DNA of 64,000 nt from an uncultured Verrucomicrobiae bacterium (GCA_963726745.1 CAVSDR010000003.1:1024001-1088000); one strand, 5' to 3'. Positions 29,335 through 39,753 are shown, numbered from the stretch's first letter. Numbers and translations are program-made. The notes: a model not told the origin generated them from the letters alone.

Positions 29335-30227
29335 GACTGGGGCGGCGGCACGAAGACCCGAAGCGCTCGCGGCATGATTTCGAAGACCGCCGGCTCGTTC
29401 CCCACAAGTTCGCCATCGACGTTGAACCACATGCCCGGCTGCGAATGGATCGCCACTCGCGCGGCACGGCGGAAGATCACGTTCTCGCTTTCCAGATGCG
29501 TGCCGAGGCCGATCGCCGCGATCACCAGCGCGATTGCGGTGGCCTGGTTTTCGGGAATCAAAACCACGTCCAACAAGCCGTCGTCTATTTTTGCTTCGGG
29601 CGCGATCTCCGTGCCGCCGGCAACGAAGCGGCCATTGGCGACGACCACGTTATAGAGATCGAAAATCTCCGGCGTGCCGCCATCGAGCGAGACCTCGGTG
29701 CGGTAGGCGCGCAGGTCCGGAAGCGCTTCCGCGGCGCAACGCAGATAGGCCAGCGGCCCCCAAGTCTGCTTGATTTCCGGGGTCATGATTTCGTTGACCG
29801 CGCCGCTGAAACCGCCCGCGGAGACGTTGATGAAATAGCGCACGGCGTCGCTGCGCACGCGCACCAGGTCGACCGGGCGCGTGTGGCCGGCGGCAATCAC
29901 TGCGAGGCATTCATCCACCGTGGCCGGCAGTCCCAAAGTGCGCGCAAAATCGTTCCCGGTCCCGAGCGGGAGCAGGCCTAACGAGACTTCGCCCGCGTGT
30001 TCCGCGAGGCCGTTGACCACCTCGTTCAGGGTGCCGTCGCCGCCGGCCGCCAGCACTTGCTCGCACCCGCGCTCCACCGCCGCGCGGGCCAGGCGCGTGG
30101 CGTCGCCTTCCTTCCCGGTGAAGTGCACCTCCGCCGCCGGCAGGTGTTGCAGCTTCGCGCGCAATCCCGCCTCGTCATCGACACTGCCGGCCCCGGGATT
30201 GCAGATGACGAACGTCTTTAACCTCAT
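29331..30227 (-). CDS. Diacylglycerol/lipid kinase family protein (YegS/BmrU-like)
   Basis: NPGAG, GGDGTLNEVVNG, LPLGTGNDFAR, VDGE. Confidence 0.92.
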   Translation of the reverse strand: MRLKTFVICNPGAGSVDDEAGLRAKLQHLPAAEVHFTGKEGDATRLARAAVERGCEQVLAAGGDGTLNEVVNGLAEHAGEVSLGLLPLGTGNDFARTLGLPATVDECLAVIAAGHTRPVDLVRVRSDAVRYFINVSAGGFSGAVNEIMTPEIKQTWGPLAYLRCAAEALPDLRAYRTEVSLDGGTPEIFDLYNVVVANGRFVAGGTEIAPEAKIDDGLLDVVLIPENQATAIALVIAAIGLGTHLESENVIFRRAARVAIHSQPGMWFNVDGELVGNEPAVFEIMPRALRVFVPPPQS

Positions 30228-30352
30228 GCCGCGGCACGTTCGCTGCGCCGCGCGGAAACGGCAACGGGAATGCGGCCTCCCGGAGCCGGCCGGACAAGAG
30301 TCTTGTCGGCCCCGGCCGGTGGCCTTACCGTCCGCCTGCAAATTCCCACCCC

Positions 30353-31171
30353 ATGGACTTCGAACTCAACCCCACTCCTCAGCGCGCTCGTCGCCAGCCC
30401 CGCGCGGCTGCAGCCGAGGCCGCCTTCGAGATTTCGTCCCGCCCGCTGATCGGCGAGGCACCCGCCGCCGCGGTCGCACCCGCGCCTTCGGCCGCCGCGA
30501 TTCCGCCCACGCTCTGCCTGATGGCGCGCGATCCGCATACGCTCTTTGCCTATTGGGAGATCGACTGGACGGATGCGTTTCGCGACGGCAAGCCGGCCGA
30601 CCGCAAGGTGCATCTGCGTTTGCTCAACTCCGCCGACAAGGAGCAGACCGTGGAGGTGGAGCCGATGGCCGGAAGCGCCTACCTCCCAGTAGACGGTGCC
30701 GACGAAGAATACCGCGGCGAGATCGGTTTTTTCCGGCCGGCCGGGAAATGGAATGCGCTGGCTGTTTCCGCGAACATCGCCACGCCGCCCGACAGCCTGG
30801 TTGATTTCGACGAGACGGAATGGGCCACGGTGCCATTCCACCTCAGCTTCCAGCGCATGATCGACATGCTCCGGACCGCGCGCGCGCCGCTCACCGTGCA
30901 GCTCGCCGAGTTGCGCGAACGCTCCGCAGCCCCGGAAACGGAAGCCATGCTGAGCGCCCCGGAGCGCGAACTAAACCGCGCCGTGCGCGCGGTCGAAAGC
31001 CGTCCGCCCGCCGCTCCGGGCGCGGCCCGGCCTAACGAGTTGTCGAAAAAGCAAAAGCAGAAACGCCTCGAGCGCATCCTCGGCTTCGGTGGCGCCGGGT
31101 TGAGCCCGGCCGAAGGCTTCGGCGGCGCGAGCGAGAACGGTCTTGGCGGCAGCAGCCGCGGCGGGTCCTAG
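30353..31171 (+). CDS. DUF4912 domain protein
   Basis: LMARDPHTLFAYWEI, YRGEIGF, LAVSANIATPP; Gly/Ser C-terminal tail. Confidence 0.8.
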   Translation: MDFELNPTPQRARRQPRAAAAEAAFEISSRPLIGEAPAAAVAPAPSAAAIPPTLCLMARDPHTLFAYWEIDWTDAFRDGKPADRKVHLRLLNSADKEQTVEVEPMAGSAYLPVDGADEEYRGEIGFFRPAGKWNALAVSANIATPPDSLVDFDETEWATVPFHLSFQRMIDMLRTARAPLTVQLAELRERSAAPETEAMLSAPERELNRAVRAVESRPPAAPGAARPNELSKKQKQKRLERILGFGGAGLSPAEGFGGASENGLGGSSRGGS

Positions 31172-31878
31172 CCGCCGCCCAGATAGGCCTGCTTGACCTG
31201 CGCGTTCGCCCGCAGCGCGCTCGACTGGTCGGCTAAAATAATCCGCCCGGTCTCGAGCACGTAGCCAAAGTGCGACACTTCCAGGGCGAGGTTGGCGTTC
31301 TGTTCCACCAGGAGAATGGTGATGCCTAACGACTTGTTGATCTCGCTGATCTTTTGGAAGATCGACTTCACCAGGAGCGGGGCGATCCCGAGCGATGGCT
31401 CGTCCAGCATCAGGCAGCGCGGCTTGCTCATCAGCGCGCGACCGATCGCGAGCATCTGCTGTTCGCCGCCAGACAAAGTGCCGGCAACCTGCTTCGCCCG
31501 CTCCTTCAGCCGCGGGAACATCCCGAAGACGAGGTCGAACTCGCTGCCTAACTTCCCGCGATCCTTTCGCAGGTAAGCGCCCATCAGGAGATTTTCGTGC
31601 ACCGTCAGGTTGGCGAAAATCATCCGCCCTTCCGGCACGTGCGAAAGCCCGCGGGCCACGATCCGGTGCGGCGCCTCGTTCGCGATCTCCACCCCTTCGT
31701 AGCGGATCGAGCCGCTCCGCGCTTTCAGCAATCCGGAGATCGCGCGCAAGGTGGTCGACTTCCCGGCGCCGTTCGCCCCGATCAAGGTTACGATCGAGCC
31801 CTGCTCGACCTTGAGCGAGATCTCGTGCAGCGCATTGATCGAGCCGTAGGCGACCGCGAGGTTGGTAAGTTCCAGCAT
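31168..31878 (-). CDS. livF: Branched-chain amino acid ABC transporter ATP-binding protein
   Basis: GANGAGKST, LSGGEQQMLAIGRAL, LDEPSLGIAP. Confidence 0.93.
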   Translation of the reverse strand: MLELTNLAVAYGSINALHEISLKVEQGSIVTLIGANGAGKSTTLRAISGLLKARSGSIRYEGVEIANEAPHRIVARGLSHVPEGRMIFANLTVHENLLMGAYLRKDRGKLGSEFDLVFGMFPRLKERAKQVAGTLSGGEQQMLAIGRALMSKPRCLMLDEPSLGIAPLLVKSIFQKISEINKSLGITILLVEQNANLALEVSHFGYVLETGRIILADQSSALRANAQVKQAYLGGG

Positions 31879-31884
31879 GACTCG

Positions 31885-32673
31885 TTAGGCAGAAGCGGAT
31901 GCTGCTGGCGGTTCTTCGCCGAGGTAGGCTTCAATCACTTTCGGGTTGGACTGCACTTCCGCGGGCGTGCCCTCGGCGATTTTCTCGCCGTAGTCGAGCA
32001 CGGCAATGCGCTGGCAAATTCCCATGACCACTTTCATGTCGTGCTCGACCAGCAGGACGGCGATCTCGAATTTCTTTTTGATGAAAACGATCAGCTCCAT
32101 GAGCTCTTCCTTTTCCTTCGGGTTCATCCCCGCGGCCGGCTCGTCGAGCAGGAGGAGCTCCGGCTTGGTCGCGAGTGCGCGCACGATCTCGAGCCGGCGC
32201 TGGTCGCCGTAGCTTAGGCTACCGCAGCGCACGGCGGAGAATTTCCCCAGCCGAAAAATCTCCAGGAGCTCGTGGACCTGGCGCGCGACCTCGGCTTCCT
32301 CGCGGTAGAATGCCGGGATGCGCATGAGCGCGTGCGCCAGCCGATGCTTCAACCGGAGATTGAAGGCGGCGCGGACGTTGTCGAAAACCGAGAGCGTCGG
32401 GAAAAGCCGGATGTTCTGAAAGGTGCGCGCAATCCCGCGGCCGGCGATCACGTTCGGCTTCAAGCCGGCGATCGGCCGACCTTCCAAGGTGATGCTGCCG
32501 GAAGTGGGCCGGTAGACGCCGGTGATGATGTTGAAGATGGTCGTTTTGCCGGCGCCGTTCGGGCCGATGAGCCCGATGAGGTCGTTCTCGTCCACCTGCA
32601 GGTCGAACTTCGAGACCGCCGTAAGACCGCCGAACTGCACGGTGCATTGCTTAAGTTCGAGAAGCAGCGCCAT
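31885..32673 (-). CDS. livG: Branched-chain amino acid ABC transporter ATP-binding protein
   Basis: FGGLTAV, GPNGAGKTT, RTFQNIRLF, LSYGDQRRLEI, LDEPAAGMNP, VIEAYLG. Confidence 0.93.
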   Translation of the reverse strand: MALLLELKQCTVQFGGLTAVSKFDLQVDENDLIGLIGPNGAGKTTIFNIITGVYRPTSGSITLEGRPIAGLKPNVIAGRGIARTFQNIRLFPTLSVFDNVRAAFNLRLKHRLAHALMRIPAFYREEAEVARQVHELLEIFRLGKFSAVRCGSLSYGDQRRLEIVRALATKPELLLLDEPAAGMNPKEKEELMELIVFIKKKFEIAVLLVEHDMKVVMGICQRIAVLDYGEKIAEGTPAEVQSNPKVIEAYLGEEPPAASASA

Positions 32674-32676
32674 GGT

Positions 32677-33699
32677 CTAGGAAGCGGAAAGCTGCGGTTT
32701 CTTTTTCCGGTCGCGCGCCATGCGCGGGAGCGCGCCAAACAAGCCCTGCGGCCGCAGAAGCATGAGCGCAATCAAGACGAGCGAGAAAATGATCATGCGA
32801 TTCGCGGCGATCCGGCGGACGATGTCCGGGAGCCACTCATAGCCCGCGACAAACCGGAGATACTCGAGCAAAACAGTCAGCAAGATGGCGGCAAAGGTGA
32901 CGCCGGCGGTGCTGCCCATGCCGCCGAGGATGACCATGATCACAATCTGGATGGAGAGCTGAAAGTCGAAGCCGCTGGGATTGATGTAAGTCGTGGTGTG
33001 CGCGTAAAGCCCGCCCGCGACTCCAGCGAAGAACGCCCCCAGGACAAACGCCGTTACCTTGTAGCGCGTGGTATTGATCCCGATCGCTTCCGCGGCAATC
33101 TCGTCATCGCGCACGGTCAGGAAGCCGCGGCCGTAAGTCGAGTCGATCATGCTTACGACCACGTAGATCGTGATCGCCGCGACCGCGAAGGTCCAAAAGA
33201 GAGTGGTGTAACCGGCGATGCCGCTGTAACCGCGCGGGCCGCCGACGGCATCAGTGTTTTGGATTAGAACACGAATGATCTCGCCGAAACCGAGAGTAAC
33301 AATCGCAAGATAATCGCCCTTCAACCGCAGCGAAGGCACACCTACGATAAGTCCCGCGAGCGCGGCCGCGAGACCGCCGATCAGGAGGGCCGCGGCGAAG
33401 ACGACGAAGATGCTGAAGCTTCCTGAGCCACCGAGCAGCTGGAAAAGGCCGCCGCTTTTCTCGGTCGAAAAATAAGCCGCGGAATAGGCGCCGATGGCCA
33501 TGAAGCCGGCGTGACCTAACGAGAACTGGCCGGTGTAGCCATTGATCAGGTTAAGGCTGCTGGCGAGGGTAATGTTGATCCCGATGAAGAGCAGGACCTG
33601 GAGGTAGTAAGGATTAAACGAGCCGGCGAAACGCGAGGCTACTGCCGCCAGGATGAGCGCCGCGACCAGGGCGAGTTGTTTGAGATGCCGATGCTGCAT
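32677..33699 (-). CDS. livM: Branched-chain amino acid ABC transporter permease
   Basis: GQFSLGHAGFMAIGAY, LRLKGDYLAIVTLGFGEI, VILGGMGS. Confidence 0.93.
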   Translation of the reverse strand: MQHRHLKQLALVAALILAAVASRFAGSFNPYYLQVLLFIGINITLASSLNLINGYTGQFSLGHAGFMAIGAYSAAYFSTEKSGGLFQLLGGSGSFSIFVVFAAALLIGGLAAALAGLIVGVPSLRLKGDYLAIVTLGFGEIIRVLIQNTDAVGGPRGYSGIAGYTTLFWTFAVAAITIYVVVSMIDSTYGRGFLTVRDDEIAAEAIGINTTRYKVTAFVLGAFFAGVAGGLYAHTTTYINPSGFDFQLSIQIVIMVILGGMGSTAGVTFAAILLTVLLEYLRFVAGYEWLPDIVRRIAANRMIIFSLVLIALMLLRPQGLFGALPRMARDRKKKPQLSAS

Positions 33700-33717
33700 G
33701 GCGAACGATCTTGCCGG

Positions 33718-34626
33718 CTAAACTTTCTCCACCTGCATCTTGCCGAATAAACCCGCGGGCCGGAACAAGAGGATGATGATAAGAATCGCGAAAGCAATCG
33801 CGTCGCGGTAGGTCGAGTAGACTGAGCCGGCGACAAAGGTTTCCACGATTCCAAGAATCAACCCGCCCACCGCCGCGCCGGGAATGTTTCCGATGCCGCC
33901 GAGGACCGCGGCCACGAAGGCTTTGATACCTGGCAGGATGCCCATCAGCGGATCGATCGAGGGATAACTAATCGCGTAAAGAATGCCGGCCGCGCCCGCC
34001 AGCGCGCTGCCTAAAGCGAAGGTAAAGGAGATGACCGTGTCGATGTTTACTCCCATGAGCGCGGCAGCGGTGGCGTTATTCGAGAGCGCGCGCATCGCCA
34101 TACCCATCTTGGTGCGCTTGACCGTGTAGGTTAGTCCAACAAGGAGCAACAAAGTGACGGCAAACGCCGCAATCTGCGTGGTCGTGATCGTGAGCGCGCC
34201 GGTGTTTTCCAAGGCACGATCTTCGACCAACTCGGGAAAAGCCTTCGGATCGGCGCCAAAGATAAACTGCCCGGCGTATTCCAGGAACAGGGAGACGCCG
34301 ATGGCCGTGATCAGGACGGTTAATTTCGGCATTTTCCGGAGTGGGCGGTAAGCCAGGCGCTCGATGAGTACGCCGATGGTGGCGCAAATGGCCATGGTGG
34401 CGACGAGGACAACGCCCACGCCCACCGGCGCGAGCGAGCCGGTGAAATGTGGAAGGATGCGCGGAGTTAAGTAGTAACCGCTAAAAGCCCCCAGCATGAA
34501 AACATCGCCATGCGCAAAGTTAATAAACCGGAGCACGCCATAAACCATGGTGTAGCCCAGCGCGATCAAGGCATAGAAGGCGCCTAAGGAAAGGCCGTTG
34601 ATTAACTGCTGCCAGAACTGCATCAT
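33718..34626 (-). CDS. livH: Branched-chain amino acid ABC transporter permease
   Basis: QQLINGLSLGAFYALIALGYTMVYG, INFAHG, KAFVAAVLGGIG. Confidence 0.94.
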   Translation of the reverse strand: MMQFWQQLINGLSLGAFYALIALGYTMVYGVLRFINFAHGDVFMLGAFSGYYLTPRILPHFTGSLAPVGVGVVLVATMAICATIGVLIERLAYRPLRKMPKLTVLITAIGVSLFLEYAGQFIFGADPKAFPELVEDRALENTGALTITTTQIAAFAVTLLLLVGLTYTVKRTKMGMAMRALSNNATAAALMGVNIDTVISFTFALGSALAGAAGILYAISYPSIDPLMGILPGIKAFVAAVLGGIGNIPGAAVGGLILGIVETFVAGSVYSTYRDAIAFAILIIILLFRPAGLFGKMQVEKV

Positions 34627-34650
34627 CCGCGGCCTGCTTTCTCGGGGAAC

Positions 34651-35787
34651 TTAAGGAGCAACCGTGGCCACGAATTCGTTGCCTTTGTTGTCGACCTTCA
34701 AAACCACCGCGGACTTGGTGGCGTTGCGCTTCTCGTCGATCGTGATCTTGCCGGTCACGCCGTCGAAGTCCTTGATGTTAGCCAGCGCATCGCGCAGCTT
34801 CGGGCCTTCGGTCGAAGCGGCGGCGTTCATCGCCTGCGCCAGGACCATCATTGCATCGTAGCCCAGCGGGGCCATCCCATCGGGCATGGCGCCGTATTTC
34901 GCCTGATAACGTTTCACGAAATCCTGCACCTTCGGGTTGGTATCCTTGGGCGAGAAGTGAGTCGAGAAGTAGCTCCCCTCGATCGCGCTCCCGCCGATCT
35001 CGCTCAGCTTGGGCGAATCCCAACCATCGCCGCCGAGCAACGGCACCTTGATGCCTAACGAGCGGGCCTGCTTCGCGATCAACCCGGCTTCGGTGTAGTA
35101 ACCAGGAACGAAGATCGCATCTGGTTGCGCGGCCTTGATCGAGGTGAGCTGCGCGCGGAAATCGCGATCCGTCCCGCCGCCACTGAAGGAACGCTCGACC
35201 ACGATTTTGCCGCCATGACTTTCGAAGTATTCCTTGAAGTATTTCGTCAGGCCAACGGAGTAATCATTTCGCACATCGGTCAGGATGGCGACCTTCTTGG
35301 CCTTTAAGTTATCGAGCGCGAACTTCGCCATCACCGTCCCTTGGAAAGGATCGATGAAGCAGACGCGGAAAATATAGTCGCCCACTTCGGTCACGCGGGC
35401 ATTGGTCGCGCCCGGCGAGACCATGGGCATCTTGGCTTCCTGGCAAATCGGCGCCGCCTCGAGCGAGCGGGAGCTGGCGATCTCGCCGATGACCGCGACC
35501 ACGCGATCGCTCGAGATGAGCTTCTTGACCGCGGCGGAAGGCTGGCCCGGCTTCGACTGATCGTCCTCGGTGATGATCTTGATTTGCCGGCCGCCGAGGA
35601 CGCCGCCCTTGCTGTTGATGTCGTCGAGCGCGAGCGCGACACCGTTGCTGGAGTTAATCCCGAAAGTCGCTTCGCTGCCGGTGAGCGAAGCGTATTGGCC
35701 GACCGGAATTTCCTGCGCGCCGAGCGGCAGCGCAGTCCAGATAAGGGCTCCGAGCGAAAGAATTGCGAGGCGGAGGGATGGCTTCAT
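34651..35787 (-). CDS. Branched-chain amino acid ABC transporter substrate-binding protein (LivK/LivJ family)
   Basis: Signal peptide; INSKGGVLG, FRVCFIDPFQG, DFRAQLT, GGDGW, GVTGKITID. Confidence 0.92.
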   Translation of the reverse strand: MKPSLRLAILSLGALIWTALPLGAQEIPVGQYASLTGSEATFGINSSNGVALALDDINSKGGVLGGRQIKIITEDDQSKPGQPSAAVKKLISSDRVVAVIGEIASSRSLEAAPICQEAKMPMVSPGATNARVTEVGDYIFRVCFIDPFQGTVMAKFALDNLKAKKVAILTDVRNDYSVGLTKYFKEYFESHGGKIVVERSFSGGGTDRDFRAQLTSIKAAQPDAIFVPGYYTEAGLIAKQARSLGIKVPLLGGDGWDSPKLSEIGGSAIEGSYFSTHFSPKDTNPKVQDFVKRYQAKYGAMPDGMAPLGYDAMMVLAQAMNAAASTEGPKLRDALANIKDFDGVTGKITIDEKRNATKSAVVLKVDNKGNEFVATVAP

Positions 35788-35900
35788 GGCAGAGCTTCTT
35801 TACTGTCTCCCTCTGGCGGGCGCAAGGAGTCACGCCGCCCGGCACGCCTCGGCGCGAACGAACCATTTCCGCGCGCGCGGCGTGATGCTATTCTCGGCGC

Positions 35901-36911
35901 GTGTTTATCCGCTCGCGGTTTTCCTTGGTGCGAAATTTCTACGTCGCACTCCTTCTCGGCACGCTCACCTCCGCCGCGCTCGCCGCTCCGGCGCGGAGCA
36001 AAGGGAAGCCGTCGCGCTTCGCCGCGGACGAAGCGAACGCGCCGCGCACCTTGCAATTCGAGGCGCTGCCGTTGGAGCGTAGCCGGCAGAATCACCTCCT
36101 GGTCCGCGCGACCATCAACGGCAAACCAGCGCTGCTTGGCGTGGACACCGGCGCGCCGGTGAGCGCGATCGCGCTCAGCCGCGTGCGCCACTTCGGCCTG
36201 ACGCCGGCGGTGGCGAAATCCGAGATTCCCACGCGCCTGCAGATCAATGGCGCGTTTGCCGGCGTCTCGATCGCGCGCACGCTCCGGCTAGGCGCGCTCA
36301 CCTTGGTGGACGAGCCGCTGGTGGCGGTGGACCTGAGCAGCTCCCAGCGGGCCGCCAGACTCATGCGCGAGCAGCCGATCGACGGCATCCTGGGCGCGGA
36401 CATTCTTTTCCCGACACATGCGGTGCTCGATTGCCGCGCGCAGATGTTGATCTTGAAGATCGATCCGCACACACCCGGGAGCGTCCCGGGGATGGATTAC
36501 CGCGGCTACAACAGCGTGCCGATGGAAGTGAGCCCGGGCTACAATCTCTACGTGAACGGCAGCTTCAACGGCCGGCGCGGCAAGCTCATGGTCGACACCG
36601 GCGCCTTCACCACTTTGTTCCACCAGCGCTTCGTCCATCGGATGCAGATTCCGTTGCGGAAAAGCCCATTTCAATCCGCCGGGGTGAACCTCAAGCAACG
36701 CGGCGTGCAACTGGCGACGATCTCGCGTTTCTCCGTCGGCTCGCTCAACCTGCGCGACAAGGAAGTGGGCGTGATCGACCTCGAAGGTCTCGTGCGCACT
36801 GGACTGCTCAACGGCGCCACGCCGGTCGCCGGCTTGCTCGGCTCGGAGACGCTCCGATTGCACTACGGCATCATCGATTTCGGCACGCGCACGCTTTACC
36901 TGAAGAAATAG
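35901..36911 (+). CDS. Secreted aspartyl protease with two retropepsin-like domains
   Basis: LGVDTGA...DGILGAD and LMVDTGA...AGLLGSE; signal peptide; true start may be GTG 35928. Confidence 0.85.
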   Translation: MFIRSRFSLVRNFYVALLLGTLTSAALAAPARSKGKPSRFAADEANAPRTLQFEALPLERSRQNHLLVRATINGKPALLGVDTGAPVSAIALSRVRHFGLTPAVAKSEIPTRLQINGAFAGVSIARTLRLGALTLVDEPLVAVDLSSSQRAARLMREQPIDGILGADILFPTHAVLDCRAQMLILKIDPHTPGSVPGMDYRGYNSVPMEVSPGYNLYVNGSFNGRRGKLMVDTGAFTTLFHQRFVHRMQIPLRKSPFQSAGVNLKQRGVQLATISRFSVGSLNLRDKEVGVIDLEGLVRTGLLNGATPVAGLLGSETLRLHYGIIDFGTRTLYLKK

Positions 36912-36920
36912 CCAGCAAGC

Positions 36921-37652
36921 TCAGCGGTGCCGACGCTCGCCTGGAAGCGGCGGTGGCGTGTTCTTTTTCAACGGCGTGGCCGCGTCGTCTTCGGGCGCGA
37001 ACTCGAACGACTCTTTGGCGATCGGCTGGTTCACCGTGATCTCGCGGTGCGTTTCCTCCATTCGGTAGCCGCTGTAGAGGGCCACGATTTTGCGGACCAG
37101 GTGATCGTCTCGCCCGATCCAGACATCGTAGGGATCGCTCTGCCAGACGCCATGAACTTGCTGGCAAAGGACGCCATCGATCGTCTCCTCGCCGACGATT
37201 GCAGCCTCGTCGAGTTGATGCAGCCGGCGCGGGCCACCATAGCTGCTCTCGAGGAGACTCGGGATGTGATAGGCGTAAGTGCCGAACATTTTCGAGCCGG
37301 CCAGCTGCACCTTCGCGCGAGATTTCACCGGCTGCGTGGTGCCCCAGGTGCGGATGCTGTCGCCATTCGCCCAGAGGACTTCACGCGTTGGTTTCTCGGT
37401 GCCGCCGCCCGGGGCCTTGGTCACAGCGTCGATCCGGAAAAGCGCCGGCCGTTGGAACCAAATGCGGTAATCTACCTGGGCGCCGGCGGCGCCGTCGGGA
37501 TTGGTGAAATGCGCCGTGCTCGTGTCGGTGTAGGACGAAAGGGCGGCGTAGGTTTGCTCCATCGTGCGCAGGAGCGCGGTCGCGGCCTCGTCGGCGCGGA
37601 TCCCGCGCGCGCTCAGGCAAAGGAGAAGGCAAAAGAGAATTGCGCGGCGCAT
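36921..37652 (-). CDS. Periplasmic LolA-like fold protein (DUF2092-like)
   Basis: Signal peptide MRRAILFCLLLCLSARGIRA; MEQTYAALSSY, WFQRPALFRID, GEETIDGVLC, VWIGRDDHLVRKI, NQPIAKESFEF. Confidence 0.75.
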   Translation of the reverse strand: MRRAILFCLLLCLSARGIRADEAATALLRTMEQTYAALSSYTDTSTAHFTNPDGAAGAQVDYRIWFQRPALFRIDAVTKAPGGGTEKPTREVLWANGDSIRTWGTTQPVKSRAKVQLAGSKMFGTYAYHIPSLLESSYGGPRRLHQLDEAAIVGEETIDGVLCQQVHGVWQSDPYDVWIGRDDHLVRKIVALYSGYRMEETHREITVNQPIAKESFEFAPEDDAATPLKKNTPPPLPGERRHR

Positions 37653-37708
37653 AGTCCCGCAACTGAACGCGCAAAGCGCTGGCTGTCGATGCGGAATTGC
37701 GCCGCAGC

Positions 37709-38297
37709 CTAACGAGCGGCGCGCTTCTTGACCCGGCGGCGGGCGGCGCTTTTTCGCGGCCGCCGGCTCGGTGCGCGCGCGCAGGCCCACTTGCATGTGC
37801 GGGAAGCCGATCACACGCAGAATCGCGTGATACTCGTGCCCGAGGCGGAAGAGATCGGGCAGCGGTAGGGTGCAAGCGACGGTGCGCTCCGCCCGCGGCG
37901 CGAGCTCAAAGGATTCCGGGGCCACGACCGCTTCCACGCGCACGGTTTCCTCGCCATCGTCGCGCACAAACTCGGAGAGCTCGAAGCGAATCGCCGCGGT
38001 CGCGCCGGTGGTGTTGGCCACGAGAAAGTTGTGCGTCTGCGCGCTCCCGATCGGACCTTCGAAGACGAGTTCCTGTGCCGCCGTGACTTCTGGCGGCGGG
38101 CCGCAGGGCGTCGCCTCCACGGTGAAGAGATTGCGGTAGAAACTCTGCGAAAGATGAAGCCCCACGTTCCAAACCTCGCGGTAATAGTTGAGGCTAAGCT
38201 GCGTCACTTTCTGGAAAGCGACCGGCGCTTCTGCGCGCCAGAATTCCGCATAGCGCTGCGGGAGCGAAGTGATCTCGGGAGGGGCGGACTCTTTCAT
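37709..38297 (-). CDS. Hypothetical protein D of four-gene cluster (N-terminal helix, Ig-like domain, basic tail); 1-nt frameshift near 37752
   Basis: ATG 38297 MKESAPPEITSLPQRYAEFWR...HNFLVANTTGATAAIRFELSEF...VAPESFELAPRAERTVACTL...YHAILRVIG; removing one A from the A5 run gives KSAARRRVKKRAAR-TAG at 37709. Confidence 0.6.
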
Positions 38298-38965
38298 TTG
38301 GCTGCGCTTGCGGTCGTCGTTGGGGTTAGGGCGCACCGGCTGGAAGCAGGGCTCGGTGCATTGAAAATGCCGATACCAATCATCCGCGCGGATGCGTTGC
38401 GGGATCGCGCCCATCTCCAGCCGGCAACACGGCTCAGCTTCCGCGCTCACCTGCACCCGCAGGCAAAGGCAGCGCTCGTAAAGCCCGCGCACGAGAATCT
38501 CCGACTCGTAGGTTTCGCCTGCGCGCCACGTCTCGTCGGTGGAGAAAGAAACGCGCATCGATTGCGCTCCGCCGGCGGGAAGCGTCGCGCCTTTGGGCTC
38601 GACTTGCGGGCGCTGCTCGAGCGTTTCGCGGCAGGAGCGGAAAGGCGACGCCTCGAAGCCATATTGCACCCGCTCGTCGGCAGTGTTCCGCAGTTGAAAA
38701 TAGCCGACACGCTGGTCGCCCGGCGCCACCGTCCACTCGAGCGTGCAGGCGCAGCGCGGCGGGCAGGTGGTCTCGGGAATTTCGCAACCGCAACGCGCCG
38801 CCTCGACTGCGCCGGTGAAGAAACGGCTGTAGGCCTCGAACCAAGGCTGCAGCCCGCGCAGGGAAACGCGGAGCGCCTCGTTGTTCAGATCCGTGAGGCG
38901 CTGCACGAAATCGGGCGCGCCGGGAAGAACGCCGGGGCGCCGGCGCAGGATGGCTCTGGGTTCAT
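38294..38965 (-). CDS. Cys-rich hypothetical protein C of four-gene cluster (Ig-like core); frameshift near 38915
   Basis: AAGGAG RBS and ATGA overlap at 38962-38965; CGCEIPETTCPPRCAC...FQLRNT...VEPKGATLPAGG...DDWYRHFQCTEPCF; a second ATGA at 38294-38297 suggests the boundary with D. Confidence 0.65.
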
Positions 38966-39734
38966 AGGGTCTCCTTGGTGCCGGCTTTCTCGGTCGTGTA
39001 GATGTCGACCGTGAGCGTGGCGTTGTAGAGTTCGAGGAGCGCGCGGTAGTGGCGCGCCGGCTTGATGTCGTCGGGTAATTCAAAACGAGCGACCATCGCG
39101 CGGCGTTCGCCCGGCTGGAGGATGACGCGCTCGCGGTGCACCCGCAACGGGCCGACCTGCGCGCGGCCGACATCGTCGAGCACCCGCTCGAGACGCTGCT
39201 TGAGCTCCACGCCCACGTTTTTGCGCAGCCCTTCCTGGAAGCGCGGCAAAGAAGTCGAGCGAGTCGAGCAGCGGCGCTTCGCAGAGCGCGCCCAGCGGGA
39301 GCGGGACGTTGCCGGCATTCTCGGCGATGAACTCGCGCTCGAGCGTGCGTTTGCCGCCGGCCAGGAGCGTGACCGTGGTCGGCTCGATGCGGAAATCGAC
39401 CTGCTCGACCACGTGCGCCTCGACCGCCACGGTGCGGCCGCCCACGTCCATCTCCAATTCGTAAAGCCCGGGCGCGGTCCCGTCGCCTAACGAGAGCTCG
39501 AGCGGGACCAGCGCCTGTTCGCCCGGTTGCAGGCGCGCGCCCAGGTGCAACAAAGCGCCGTCTAATTTCTCCGCGCTCCTGGCCCCTTTCCGCGGGCGCA
39601 GGGAAACGCTCCGGAGCTTGAGCTTCTCGCGTGGAATCATTCCGCAGGTGGAGCTGGCCGCGGAGCGCCTGCGGCGGACCGGCGACGACCAGAGTGTCGC
39701 GACCGGTTTTAAGCGTGGGTGCGGGGGTGGCCAT
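38962..39734 (-). CDS. Hypothetical protein B of four-gene cluster (two Ig-like modules); frameshifts near 39630 and 39243
   Basis: Stitched from three frames: MATPAPTLKTGRDTLVVAGPPQALRGQLHLRND / EKLKLRSVSL...LQPGEQALVPLELSLGDGTAPGLYEL...FIAENAGNVPL / FQEGLRK...LQPGERRAMVARFELPDDIKPARHYRALLELYNATLTVDI. Confidence 0.7.
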
Positions 39735-39753
39735 CGGAACGCTCCATCTGCGA

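Noticed and set aside
36921..39734. 937-aa ORF as a single giant protein
   Set aside because: It contains off-frame Arg/Ser-rich stretches, internal RBS/ATGA junctions and an internal signal peptide at 37652; best explained as parts of four genes (B, C, D and the LolA-like gene) joined by indels.
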